From positions 142,910,001 through 142,974,000 of the forward strand of contig OZ024740.1 in NCBI GenBank assembly GCA_964016885.1: DNA of 64,000 nucleotides. Direction: 5' to 3'. This DNA is from Eledone cirrhosa (Eukaryota). Shown here piece after piece: positions 29,293 through 43,512 of this stretch. Position 1 is the stretch's first letter. Each line of letters begins with the position of its first letter. A model generated the notes under the pieces. The model did no database searches, had not been told where the DNA came from, and was given only the letters and a program-made list of their open reading frames with translations. The position numbers were made by a program, and so were the translations under genes.

Positions 29293-32200
29293 TCATCATC
29301 ATCATCATCATCATCGTTTAACGTCTATCTTCCACGCTTGCATGGGTTTGGACGGGAGTTTTCCCACTTGAGGCAAGAGTGGTTGTCTTGCTCGCATAGA
29401 ACTGTCTGGCGGATTTTCTACATCTGGATGCCCTTCCTAACACCAACCACGTTTACAGTGTGGACTGGGAGGTTTTTACCGTGTTACCTACACGGCCACA
29501 TTACAGCGTGGACTGTGTGTTTTTTTGTTGTGACACCTACACAACCTCATTTGTTTCGGACTGGATGTTGTGGTACCAACATAACTTTACATTGAAAGGG
29601 GTGGTGTGGATGGGGTGGGGGTAGTGGGACGGGGGTGTATTTTGTTACAGGTGCCTACTGACTGTAGTAGGTTTCACTTTGTATTTAGATAAGGCGGGTC
29701 TTCTCTGTTACTGTGTAGCGCCAAAGATCTCGGTCCAGTGACATTGTTTTGGAGAGGTGTAAGTGTGTGAGGTCGGAATTTATCAAGTCGTCCCAGGTTT
29801 TTCTGGGTCTGCCTACTCTGTGGCTACCGTCTATTTTTATTGCCCTGCACTTTTCATACAGCTGTCGTCTTTCATGCGCATCACGTGACCATACCAACGT
29901 AGTCTTCTCTCGAGTAAACAACATCTGATCCCTCGTATTTCTAATTTTTCCCTTAGTTCGTTTATGCTTTGCCGTTGATGTATATTACTATTACAAATCC
30001 AGCGGAGCATGCAAGCTTCGTTCCTTTCCAGTCTGCGTATATCCTCTGCACACAATGCCCATGTCTCACTGCCATGTAACATTGCTGTTCGTATGCAGGC
30101 ATCATACAGCCTGCCTTTCATTTTTAGAGAGAACCCTTTAGCGGCTAATAGTGGTATAAGCTCTCTGAACTTTTTCCATCCAGTTCTGACTCTAGCTACT
30201 GTACTTTCAGAGCACCCTCCCCCACTGCTGATTTTGTCACCCAGGTAACGGAAGCTGTCCACTATTTCTATAGAACCATCTGTGCAATGGAATGAGCTAG
30301 TATTCTGTGGGAACTTGCTGCTACTTGTTGCACCAGAGCACCGGCCACATATAAAATCTATGTTCTTAGTTAGCTTACCTGTGATCCCACTACGTCTTTT
30401 ATGCACCCATACTTTGCATTTGGGACATAAAATGGAGTTTCTACCTACTCCTTTCCTACACACTGAGCATGGCCATTTCCCGGATGGGACCGGTGCCCTA
30501 TTTTCCTTCCTACAAACTAGAATTTAGTCTTAGACAGGTTAATTTTAAGGCCTTTTGATTCTAGGCCATGCTTCCATGTTTGGAATTTCTTCTCCAGTTC
30601 GGCCATTGATTCAGCTATGAGCGTTAGATCATCTGCGTATAGTAGTTCCCATCGGCAGCCGGTCTTGAACTCCTCTGTTATAGCCTGAAGGGCAATAATA
30701 AATAGTAGGGGGCTAAGAACGGAGCCCTGATGAACACCAACTTTTACGCTAAACTCTTCACTATATTCGTTGTTAATTCTAACTTTGCTGACTGTTTCTT
30801 TATACATGGCTTGTATAGCTCTCACAAGCCATTCATCAACACCTAGTTTTCTAAGAGCCCACCAGATAATGGAACGGGGGACTCTGTCGAAGGCTTTCTC
30901 CAAGTCGACAAAAGCTAAGTATAGGGGTTTACTTTTAGCTAGGTACTTCTCCTGTAGTTGTCGTACAATGAAAAGAGCGTCTGTGGTACTTTTACCCGAC
31001 ACAAACCCGAACTGCATTTCATCTAGATCAATTCTCTCTCTGATTAGTTGCGCTATTACTTTTTCTGTGACCTTCATGACCTGGTTGATTAATTTAATGC
31101 CTCTATAGTTACTCCTATCTAGGGAATCTCCTTTACCCTTGTAGCAGTTAATGATGATGCTGCTACGCCAGTCCTTCGGAACAACCCCATTCTGTATGAC
31201 TTGGTTTACTATCCGGGTGACCATGGTGTGTCCCACCGTTCCAGAAGCTTTCAGCATTTCAGCAACTATTTCCGAAGGCCCAGCCGCCTTACCCGTCTTC
31301 ATATCTTTGATTGCCTTACTTATTATACTACCTTCGACTAACACTGCTGGTCCCTCTATTGGATCGATGTGGGGGAGACTGTCTTTCTCCCATTTATTCT
31401 CCTCATTTAGTATCCTTTCGTAGTGACACTTCCAAGCTATCTTCTTATCAGCGTCAGTGATGGCAAGTACAGCATCATCATTAAGGACACACTTCTCCCC
31501 GACAATATCACGGTTCTCCTTGACACATTGCCTAGCAATCCTGAACACGTCACGTTTTTGGTCCTCGCGTTGTAGAACATGCTTGAACTTTCTTTCCTCT
31601 GCTTCCCTTCTTGCGAAGTACACTTGTCTCCTAGCTTCCCTCCTGGCCACTTGATAGTCTTCTCTACTTCCCCCATCCCGCCATACTTTCCAAGCCTGCT
31701 TTTTGGCCTTAATTGACTCCTCCACCTTACTGTTCCACCACCACGTTACTCTCCTCCTGCCTATAGGCCTGCTCCAGCCACAGACTTCGTCTACCGCCAT
31801 CAGCAGGTTTGCTTTCAGGAATTCCCACTGTTCCTCTATATTGTACGACTCTAAATGCTCTTCCTTGCTGTCGAAAGCATCAAGTAATATGCTTTTAAAT
31901 TTATTACTGGCTGTGGGGTCCTTTAGCTTCCATATTTTTCTCCTGAGGATAGTCCTCTTCTGTTGTCGAGTACGTCTCGTTCTGACTATGAGGTCGCTAA
32001 TTATCAGTCTATGTTGGGAGGTGCATTCTTCTGGTAAGGATATAATCTACCTGGCTGGTATGTTCCCATGATCTGTAGGTGATCAAGTGATTGTCTCGTT
32101 TTTTGAAGCTAGTATTACAGATAGTTAGGTTATTTGCGTCACAGAATTCTAGGATTCTGGAGCCTTCCTCATTTCCAGTACCAAACCCATAGCCTCCATG

Positions 32201-32537
32201 GATTCCATCATAGCCGTAACAATGTTGTCCAACGTGACCATTTAAGTCGCCAGCTATAATTATATAGTCACTGTCGGTTATTTGGTAGGTAGTGAGCATC
32301 AGTGTCTCATAGAATCTGTCTTTTATAACGCCAGGCAGTCCGGATTGGGGTGCGTACGCAGATATTAGTCACAGCAGTTCTATTTAGAACAAGTCTTATT
32401 TTAATTATTCTGTCATTCACTCTATTTACGTCTATTATCTTATCCACCCATTTTTCTGCTAACATGATTCCTACCCCACCCAGGCCATTGTCATTTTCCA
32501 CCTAGAAAAGCTTATAGCATCGTTTTTTACCCACAAT
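29293..32537 (-). mobile_element. RTE LINE with PHD insertion, 5'-truncated within the APE domain
   Basis: ORFs 30517-31800, 29837-30463, 32009-32299 and 32307-32501 closely match 2184-5690; (ATC)n tail. Confidence 0.92.
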
Positions 32538-32555
32538 GAATATACATATATATAT

Positions 32556-32680
<125 letters not shown>

Positions 32681-32859
32681 ACAATAACGGAGATAGCTTA
32701 AAGCTAAACTCCGACTGGTAACCATCTCACTCAACAAACATTAGGTTATATGTTAGTATAAACTCAATTTAAGTGTTTGGGGTGCTAACTATATGTATTT
32801 TGTGGAAAGCCAGTTGTATTATTTTATGAGATATAATTAAATTTAAAATATATCTCTCT

Positions 32860-32984
32860 TTCCAAACAATTGTTTCATTATAAGTTTTCTAGAAACTGGG
32901 AGAATGTTTCCAGTTTATGTAGAAGCCTAACATATATTCATGTAAGAATATATTTAGGTGGGCACTTATAAATCTTCAGTGGAA
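32860..32984 (-). ncRNA. Hammerhead ribozyme with a long stem II insertion, in an ORF-less element (~32690-33095)
   Basis: ttcca CTGAAGA t-ttataagt...acttataa-t GAAA CAATTG TT tggaa; homologue at 59580-59701. Confidence 0.7.
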
Positions 32985-33218
32985 GCCCATTAAACTTTGA
33001 TATAAGAAAATTTTTTTACCGCAGTTAAAAATCGTGTCTGCTAAGCTGCTCCTTCACGCATCGAATGACCGCCAAATTTGAAATTCCAGCAGTCATTTGA
33101 CTGAGGAAGTATCATAGCATCACTAATATATATATACATATATATTTCAGAGAAACAATTGTCAGCAATGTGAATAAAGCCCTTATTGTATAGCAAACCA
33201 TGTCACTCTTCTTCCTTG

Positions 33219-33369
<151 letters not shown>

Positions 33370-33383
33370 ATATATATATGTGT

Positions 33384-33428
<45 letters not shown>

Positions 33429-33430
33429 AC

Positions 33431-33548
<118 letters not shown>

Positions 33549-33552
33549 TATA

Positions 33553-33669
<117 letters not shown>

Positions 33670-33671
33670 GA

Positions 33672-33833
33672 TAGGGTCGGACGTCATGCTTTCCAGCATA
33701 GTTACGTCCCTTTACGATCTGAGTTCAAATCCCGCCGAGGTTGACTTTGCCTTTCATCCTTACGGGGTCGATAAAATAAAGTACCAGTAATGCACTGGAT
33801 AATCGCTGGCCTTGTGCCTAAAGTAGAAACAAT
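33672..33833 (+). mobile_element. tRNA-derived SINE
   Basis: B-box-like GAGTTCAAATCC and conserved GCCTTTCATCCTTACGGGGTCGATAAAATAAAGTACCAG; more than 10 copies in the window. Confidence 0.75.
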
Positions 33834-33854
33834 TATATATATATATATATACAC

Positions 33855-33934
<80 letters not shown>

Positions 33935-33937
<3 letters not shown>

Positions 33938-34686
33938 CAAGGTTTAGCAAATAATGAAAAAGTTTCAAAATAAATATAAAAATATTGACTTTACCTACTA
34001 TAGTTACCTTTACCGAATCGGTTTCGAATCTCAAAAATAAACTTTTTAAAATTTATTTTGAAACTTTTTCATTATTTGCTAAACCTTGATTATATATGTT
34101 CTGGCTCGTTAATTTATTAACCTGCCATTGAACCACATTGGCATATGGTTGGACAATACATGTGTCCCTTAGCGCCTTGTGCGTGTAGGAACACATATCC
34201 TTTTATTACTATACTCCTCTACGTTGAGAAAAAATGTGGTCGTTCCGACTGCTGCTAGTGATAGTGGTGGCCGATTGACCTACCTCCCTCTGCCTCTATC
34301 TTTACTTCGGCCCTTGAAAAAATTGATTCCATTTCATTTACTCTCATCTCGTGAACAGTTTTGGATAGCGCTAGTTCGTAATTTAAATTCAAGAATTTTA
34401 TATTCTTCGAATGAAAAGAACCTTCTGACGAGAATCTTTCTTTGCAACGAAGGCCGTATGCTCTCCGTTTATTTTTGAGATTCGAAACCGATTCGGTAAA
34501 GGTAACTATAGTAGGTAAAGTCAATTTTTTAAAATTTATTTTGAAACTTTTTCATTATTTGCTAAACCTTGATTATATATGTTCTGGCTCGTTAATTTAT
34601 TAACCTGCCATTGAACCACATTGGCATATGGTTGGACAATACACGTGTCCCTTAGCGCCTTGTGCGTGTATGAACACATATCCTAT
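33935..34686 (+). mobile_element. ORF-less HHR element with inverted arm and partial tandem repeat, related to 20370-21350
   Basis: 33935-34038 is the reverse complement of ~34473-34575; ~34045-34205 is repeated at ~34525-34686; shares tatatgttctggct..ttaatttattaac with the 20370 family. Confidence 0.78.
34420..34503 (+). ncRNA. Type I hammerhead ribozyme
   Basis: acctt CTGACGA gaatct...agattc GAAA CCG att CGG TA aaggt; canonical core and all three stems pair. Confidence 0.85.
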
Positions 34687-34720
<34 letters not shown>

Positions 34721-34736
34721 ACACATATATATATAT

Positions 34737-34854
<118 letters not shown>

Positions 34855-34870
34855 ATATATATATATGTGT

Positions 34871-36068
<1,198 letters not shown>

Positions 36069-36437
36069 ATAAATCAAGAAAGACGAGTGACATGGTTTGC
36101 TACACAATAAGGGCTTTATTCACATTGCTGACAATTGTTTCTCTGAACTGGTAGGTCTAGAGATCGCTAACTGGACTACATCTAAGTGGACTACCTATAA
36201 CAATAATTTGTTATCCCGTATAATATATATATATTATATATATATATATTATATAAGTAGAAGTGGTATTTAATTTGTTGGAAGTCCGACAAACATGTTT
36301 ATAACTGATTTAGAGCACTCAACAGTATACTGGAGTAAATATTCAATGATATTAAATATATTTCCACTATCCAGTGAATTTCCAACCGATAAGGTACGAT
36401 TTTCATGGGTATGTCTCTGTTTATAAAACAAACTTTG

Positions 36438-36502
36438 TATTTTACCTGATGAAAGCATACCAATGTTGTCTTGATTGCCCTTGAAATATATATAATAAAA
36501 TA
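36438..36502 (+). ncRNA. Degenerate hammerhead in a solo PLE 3'-end fragment (~36270-36545)
   Basis: tattttac CTGATGA aag...ctt GAAA tatata TA ataaaata; downstream tail matches 15160-15190. Confidence 0.5.
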
Positions 36503-36576
36503 AATATGGTTTTATAAATATAGTTTCCATTTATTTAAGTATATATATTATATATCTCTCTCTATATATATATAAA

Positions 36577-39500
36577 AAGAAGAAGTTTATGAAACGGAAA
36601 TGCGGGTAAAAAGAATATATTAGGTAACAATTGTTTCTATAGTGCGTGGGTTACCTATACCTCGCTATTTGTATAATATAAAAATATTATCATAAATCGT
36701 AGGTACACTGTAAGAGAACACACCATGTCGTCAGACCTTTATGGTGGAATGATAGGAGAATATTTTATACACTAGATATGTGAGAAAGTAGGAGGTAGGA
36801 AGGGAAGAGGAAGAGGGAAGCGAGTAAGGGGGAGGTAGTCTTAGGATTCAAGACTGTCAGAGTAGTAGAGATTGTATAGAAGAAAATGTTTTGGCAGCAG
36901 TTAGCTAAATGAGGCGTGTTAGGGTTGGCGGGGGAAGTAAATTCTTCTAGTGGTGTTGTTTGTGGTATGTCCTTAAAAAACATACCCATTCAAGGTAAAA
37001 AAGAATACATTCTTGGTATGATACAAAGGACCAACGAATTTATTCGGCGGATTAGATGGAAGGCCTTTCACTTCGATAGGAATAGGATTACACAAACTTC
37101 CAACACCAACAACGATAAGTTTGGTTTCAAATCCTACAAAAACCCACCCTCTAACCCTCTTCTGGATTCTTTCGAGCAAGACTTAATGAAAATGATAACC
37201 GGAATCAAATTTGCAAACGGAAGGAAAAACGAACTGCAACGGGAGATTAAAACTCTACTCGACAACCTAAGAAATACCAAAGGAATTATTATAAAGGCAG
37301 ACAAAACATCGAATCTATATACCCTAGATGTAGAAACATATAATAATTTTATACGTAAGGAATTACATACGAAGTACAAAAAAACAAACGCAACTACACT
37401 AACCAACATTAATAACGCAGCATGTGATATTGTTAAGAAACTGAAAATCGACGACAGAACGGAACCCCTATCTCCAGCTACACCGACTTTTAATTTGAAG
37501 GACCATAAGGCTAACTTCGATACTAACCCTAAAATTAGATTAATATGTCCTTCAAAATCTGATATAGGTAGAATCAGTAAGTACATATTAGATCGTATTA
37601 TCCCCCAAGTTAAGGCTAAGGTAGATATTAAATTGTGGGGTAATACTCAACAGGCAATAAGTTGGTTCAATAACATCAGTGACAAAAACAAATCTTTTTT
37701 TATTCAATTCGATATAGATGAATACTATTCCTCTATTTCACCTGAAACTCTGCATAAAGCCCTCTCATTCGCTAAGGCTAACTCGGACCTCACAAACGAG
37801 GATATTAATATTATACTTGAAGCTAGACGCACAGTAGTCCATTTTGAAAATAGTTATTGGGTCCGTAGAGATAGACCCTCGGAATTTGACATTACCATGG
37901 GTTCTAATGATTCGGCGGAAGTTACGGATTTGGTTGGAATCTATATAGCTCACAGACTCCAGAGCGAATTTATTGACCTCCACGGTGGAATCTACCGTGA
38001 TGATGCACTCCTATTAGTCAAAAATATGAACAAACAAAACCTAGAAAGGCGACGTAAAAACATTAGGAAACTTTTCTTAGAACTAAGACTTAGTATTACC
38101 TTCGAACACAATCTTAAAGTGGTCAATTTCTTGGATGTCACCTTCAACCTTAATAACGGTAATATAAAGCCATTTCACAAACTTAATGAAAATCTCAAGT
38201 ACGTTAATGTAAGATCGAACCATCCCCGTTCCATTATTAAATCTATCCCTAAAAATATATCCATAAGGATCTCCCGACTATCGTCTAATTTGCAGACCTT
38301 CAACGAGCATGCTGAGTATTATAACGACGCACTTAGAAAAGCTGGTTACTGCGAGAAAATAGAATATCTAGAAGATAACCACATAGGTACTATGAATAAA
38401 TCACATCTAAGTCGAACTAGTATTGCACCACACAGACACATTAATAGGCATAATAATAGGTGCAAACCAACAAATAGAGTTAGACGTAGAGAGTACATAT
38501 GGTATAACCCCGTGTACAATATTTCTATTAGCACTAAGATTATCTCACAATTCTATACACTGATCAATAAACACTTTACAACTTCACATAAATACTATAA
38601 AATCTTAAACTCGCGCACCATTAGACTCTCATACTCCACTGCACCTAACATAGAACAACTAATTAAAAAACTCAACTCAACAATACTAAATAAGTACATC
38701 CCTAATGACACAGCGCACCAGCATAGCGACATACAACGCACTAACACGCAGCTACAACCCCACCAAACTATCCAGGATACTACTGCAAAACATAAAAATA
38801 ACTGTAACTGCACTAAATCAGGTTCGTGCCCATTAAATAACCAATGCCTAGCACGCAATATTGTCTACCGATGTACAATAAATTCCGGAACCAACAAATG
38901 GTATTACGTCGAATGTACCGCAACATCTTTCAAAGCTCGCCTATACCAACATCGATCTTCGATCAAGCATGAGAAAATGCGCTCCGTAACAACCCTCGCC
39001 GATAAAGCCTGGCAACTTCGGAAGAACAATCAAGCATTCTCCCTTGATTGGCAAATTATTGCAGTTGCGCCAGCATATAAGCAAAATCACCGATTTTGTA
39101 AATTATGCAATATGGAGATATACTGCATTTTAACGTCGGAAAACAAACTTTTGAACAGCAAAATTGAACGTTCACTTTACTGTAACCATCGTTTAAAAAC
39201 GACATTTTCTTTTTTTAAATGCATGTAATGTTATCTTTTTACACCACCATTTGCAAATTTTTATTTTTATTTCATATTTTTATATGTTTATACACACGAT
39301 ATAGCTTTTTATAATAATAGCACTAAACACTGTTTTCTAGACCCCTTTAGAAATATCCGGCTACTATAATAGCCCCAATAACTTGTCTATAATTCTGTAC
39401 TACATTGACCCCTTTAACTAAATTTTGTCCAAACAACACCACTAGAAGAATTTACTTCCCCTGCCAACCCTAACACGCCTCATTTAGCTAACTGCTGCCA

Positions 39501-39817
39501 ACACATTTTCTTCTATACAATCTCTACTACTCTGACAGTCTTGAATCCTAAGACTACCTCCTCCTTACTCGCTTCCCTCTTCCTCTTCCCTTCCTACTTC
39601 TTACTTTCTCACATATCTAGAGTATAAAATATTCTCCTATCATTCCACCATAAAGGTCTGACGACATGGTGTGTTCTCTTACAGTGTACCTACGATTTAT
39701 GATAATATTTTTTTATATTATACAAATAGCGAGGTATAGGTAACCCACGCACTATAGAAACAATTGTTACCTAATATATTCTTTTTACCCGCATTTCCGT
39801 TTCATAAACTTCTTCTT
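36577..39817 (+). mobile_element. Penelope-like element with an intact ORF, bracketed by inverted ~387-bp pseudo-LTR copies
   Basis: 36577-36962 is the reverse complement of 39430-39817; the ORF lies between them. Confidence 0.92.
36967..39228 (+). CDS. PLE polyprotein: RT + GIY-YIG endonuclease (753 aa from ATG)
   Basis: SLKNIP, IKADKT, QFDIDEYY, ITMGS, GIYRDD, FLDV, CNC..CP..C, NIVY..YVE, R..H, CKLC. Confidence 0.9.
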   Translation: MSLKNIPIQGKKEYILGMIQRTNEFIRRIRWKAFHFDRNRITQTSNTNNDKFGFKSYKNPPSNPLLDSFEQDLMKMITGIKFANGRKNELQREIKTLLDNLRNTKGIIIKADKTSNLYTLDVETYNNFIRKELHTKYKKTNATTLTNINNAACDIVKKLKIDDRTEPLSPATPTFNLKDHKANFDTNPKIRLICPSKSDIGRISKYILDRIIPQVKAKVDIKLWGNTQQAISWFNNISDKNKSFFIQFDIDEYYSSISPETLHKALSFAKANSDLTNEDINIILEARRTVVHFENSYWVRRDRPSEFDITMGSNDSAEVTDLVGIYIAHRLQSEFIDLHGGIYRDDALLLVKNMNKQNLERRRKNIRKLFLELRLSITFEHNLKVVNFLDVTFNLNNGNIKPFHKLNENLKYVNVRSNHPRSIIKSIPKNISIRISRLSSNLQTFNEHAEYYNDALRKAGYCEKIEYLEDNHIGTMNKSHLSRTSIAPHRHINRHNNRCKPTNRVRRREYIWYNPVYNISISTKIISQFYTLINKHFTTSHKYYKILNSRTIRLSYSTAPNIEQLIKKLNSTILNKYIPNDTAHQHSDIQRTNTQLQPHQTIQDTTAKHKNNCNCTKSGSCPLNNQCLARNIVYRCTINSGTNKWYYVECTATSFKARLYQHRSSIKHEKMRSVTTLADKAWQLRKNNQAFSLDWQIIAVAPAYKQNHRFCKLCNMEIYCILTSENKLLNSKIERSLYCNHRLKTTFSFFKCM

Positions 39818-39925
39818 CATATTTTCTCCGAATTTTAAAGCATATTTTATTATACGTTGAGCAATCTCCGACGTCGGTTGACTCCATCCAATGCGACTAC
39901 CTAGTAACATTGGAGTACAGATTTA

Positions 39926-39975
<50 letters not shown>

Positions 39976-41719
39976 TTTACAGATATGAAATTTGGTTTGT
40001 AATAAACCTCAGAAAAAAAGCTCTTTCACATGTTTTTCTATTCTTTGTTGTTATATTTACTATTGCTGTTAATACTATAATGCCTATATGATGGATCCTC
40101 CATTGGTTTCTATGATGAGCATTCAGTTGCCTGATCAATTGAATGTCCAACTTGTGATTTATCAGGTTAGTAATTCATATCAGTCAATGGAATGGAATAA
40201 TTGAGTTAAAGAGTGGTGTGGTGAATAGAGTACACACAAGTCTTAATTAATTGAAATTTCTTTTAGAGAAGAAGACAAAAAACAGGGGAGATAATTCAAA
40301 GAAATTAAGGATTAATTTCTAATATTTAATTATAGGAGTCCTTCATCAGTTTCAACTATAAGCATGAAACTGTTTAATCAATGGGAAATACAACTCATGA
40401 ATTAACATGGAAGTGATTGAGTATTCCATAGACACATGTACTATTAATGTAATTCCCAAAATAAATCAGCGTGACAATATGCGACAAGGCTGGATCTTTG
40501 AATTAGAAGGTACATCTGACAGGCTTCCACACAGTTTCCGTCTCCCCACTTTCACTCACAACGCTTGAGCTAATCAGACACTATGCTAAAAACACATTCC
40601 AGATGCTATACATAATTGAAGAGTGAACTTCTAAGCTGATCTATGTAACAAACTTCATATCAGGCGTAGCTTGGGTAAGTCCCATCAATCCACTTTAGGG
40701 AGCCATGGTCTAATGTAGAGATGAGATTTTTTTCTTTTCATTTAGGTGAAGGTTGAACTGTGATATAATATGATTTCATACAGAAAAATGTTTGAAGGAA
40801 TAGCCTGGTAAATTAAAATGTCTATCTATGGGTATGTGTGAGTGTAATATGGTTCCCATATATAAAATGATGATGATAGCCATGCTTTTAGATCACAAAG
40901 GTGTCAAAACACCTAGCCAGGAGGTTAGGGTGAATTTAGAATTAAAATCTGGCATTTGTAAAAGAAGTAAAAATACATAAATACAATTTGTTTATACAGG
41001 TTTTTAATTAATATATATTTAGTCTTTATTGTCTATTCTATATTCTGTTTGATTTATTTTTGTACATTCCCGAGGTTAATGAGGAGTCAAGTATTCTATG
41101 TAGAGTTGATGGTCTAAAACATTTGGAGATCCCTAGTCGAGATATTAGTAAGTAAAGGGCCCTTAACTCCTGATGGAGTTGTACGGGCTCCATCATGACA
41201 TGGTGTGTCTTGGATATTTTAAACCTGGAAAAGCCAATTTTTCTCCAGGTCAGAATGCAGCCAATTTCTTATAGAGGGTTGAAGAATTGACCCTAGTGTT
41301 GGAATGGTACCTTATTTATCAACCTCGAAAGGATAAAAGGCAAAACTGATCTTGGCAGGATTTAAGCTCATTGCATGGTGAGCAAGAAAAAACACTAATG
41401 AATTTTCAATTTGCTACCTTGGTTTAAATATTATATAGGTGTTATTCTGAACACCATCAAGGTACTTATGAAAGCAGCCACTAAAACAAAGTGCAGTTTC
41501 AGCCATCATCATTTTATATCAGCTTGCAAGGGTTGCATGAGTCCTCTCCAGTAAAGCTTGCCTCCACACATTGTGATCTCTCATATTCTTCTGAGGTTCA
41601 ACATTCCGAGATCAGTTTTCCCATCTCTGCCTAGGTCTTCTTCACTGCAGCTTTCTCCCACTGGCATCTCCTAATAATTGTTTCTACTTTTGGCTAGCTT
41701 TTCTCCTAATAATGATTTC

Positions 41720-42285
41720 TATTATAGGCACAAGGTCAGTAATTTGGAGGAAGGGGAAAGTCGATTAAATCGACCCCGGTACGTTACTAGTGCTTTATTT
41801 TATCGACCCCGTAAGGACGAAAAGCAAAGTTAACCTCGGCGGGATTTGAACTCAGACCGTAACTCTTCGCTGCAAAGCATGGTGACCAACTCTCTACCAA
41901 TAATTGTTTCTACTTTTGGAACAAGGCCAGCAATTACCCAGTACATTACTGGTACTTTATTTTATCGACCTCATAAGGACAAAAGGCAAAGTTAACCTCA
42001 ACGGGATTTGAACTCAGACCGTAAAAGGACGTAACTATGCTAGAAAGGATGGCGTCCAACCCTCTACCAATATTCCCAATTCACCGACTCTCTACCAATA
42101 ATTGTTTCTACTTTTGGCACAAGGCCTGCAATTATCCCAGTGTATTACTGGTGCTTTATTTTATCGACCCCGTAAGGATGAAAGGCAAAGTTAACCTCGG
42201 CGGGATTTGAACTCAGACCATAAAGGGCCGTAACTCTTTGCTATAAAGCATGGCGTCAGACCCTCTACCGATACTGCCAATTCAC
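41720..42285 (-). mobile_element. Three tandem tRNA-derived SINE copies; further copies at ~41280-41370 (-), 43025-43165 (+), 43770-43830 (-), 46755-46935 (+), 59875-60050 (-)
   Basis: Repeated ggtactttattttatcgacccc..aaaggcaaagttaacctcggcgggatttgaactc. Confidence 0.8.
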
Positions 42286-43389
42286 AATGATCATCTATAT
42301 GCATTACATGTCCATACCAGTGAAGTCTTCTCTCTTATACACACCTGATTCCTTTTATACCCCATTTTTCTCTCAGCTCATCCATGCTTTGTCATTCATG
42401 CACACTAAAATTACACACCCAATGAAGAATGCTCTTCATATGTTAACATATAGGAAATTACAAGGTTTACATTTCATGGAGGTAAAATCAACAGTCGTTG
42501 ACATGGAATTAAGCTTTGGATTTAGTTATGAGTTTGTTGTTGGAAATAGAGGAACAAGTACAGCATACAAAATAGGAACACCTAAACCTTTTGACATCTT
42601 AGAAGCTCTCTGGCACTTTCAACCCTTTTGATACTAAAGGTTTTCATCATTATACATCCACTTTCCATGTGGATGGGATGTTATGGTTTGAGACTAGACG
42701 GATCAGAGAGACCTTATCTTGCTCATACATTCCATGTGTGGTATGGTTTCTATGGTTAAATACCCTACCTAATACCAACTAGTCTACAGTGTGTACCGGG
42801 TTTTTACTGTTGCACCAACACTACCAATTTACAGCATGTACTGAGTGCATTTTATCAAGACACCAAACATTAGACAGGTTGTCATGCTCTACCAGACTAA
42901 AGAGTTCTCTCTGCCTCATATTGCCTCCATTCAATCAACAGCCACTTTACAGAGTGTAGTGTGTGCAATATAAAACTCTAATTGAAAGTGTTTATATTTA
43001 ACTAAAAGCCTTCCATTATCATTTTAGCATAGTTACGTCCCTTTATGATCTGAGTTGAAATCCTGCCGAGGTTAACTTTGCCTTTCATCCTTACGGGGTC
43101 GATAAAATAAAGTACCAGTAATGCACTGGAATAATTGCTGGCCTTGTGCCAAAAGTAGAAACAATCATTTTATGGAAGAAACTTAAACTATGCTCCAAAC
43201 ACCAGCCAGAAAATGAGAAAAATCATAGGTAGTGTCTTTTATGAGAAATATAGTAAGGGAAAGTTTAAAGAAAATAGAAACAAAAGCATTCAGATGATGT
43301 TTAACTTTTATTTTACTTTAATAGAAAATGCAATATTTGAAAATAAATAGAACCTAAAGAAAAATTTCCTGAATAACAATTGGGGTTTA

Positions 43390-43512
43390 TCAGCTTTTGT
43401 TGGCTTTGTGTTCTTCAATGATTGCAGGGGCATAACAGGCATCAAACAAGTCTTTGGCAGTGAATGGTGACTGTACAACATCAGGGACTTTATAAGATAC
43501 ATATGGCTTCAA
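43390..43512 (-). CDS. MRPL41: Mitochondrial ribosomal protein L41, last coding exon
   Basis: Acceptor ttctattccacag; LKPYVSYKVPDVVQSPFTAKDLFDACYAPAIIEEHKANKS*; matches the mL41 motif LKPYVSY...TA..LF...AP.I. Confidence 0.9.
   Translation of the reverse strand: MKPYVSYKVPDVVQSPFTAKDLFDACYAPAIIEEHKANKS

Noticed and set aside
33715-33740. T-arm/B-box sequence as a tRNA gene
   Set aside because: No cloverleaf; it is part of a multi-copy SINE.
36916-36966. N-terminal extension of the 770-aa ORF-track call
   Set aside because: It comes from the inverted pseudo-LTR and uses a non-ATG start; homology to the PLE protein begins at about MSLKNIP (36967).
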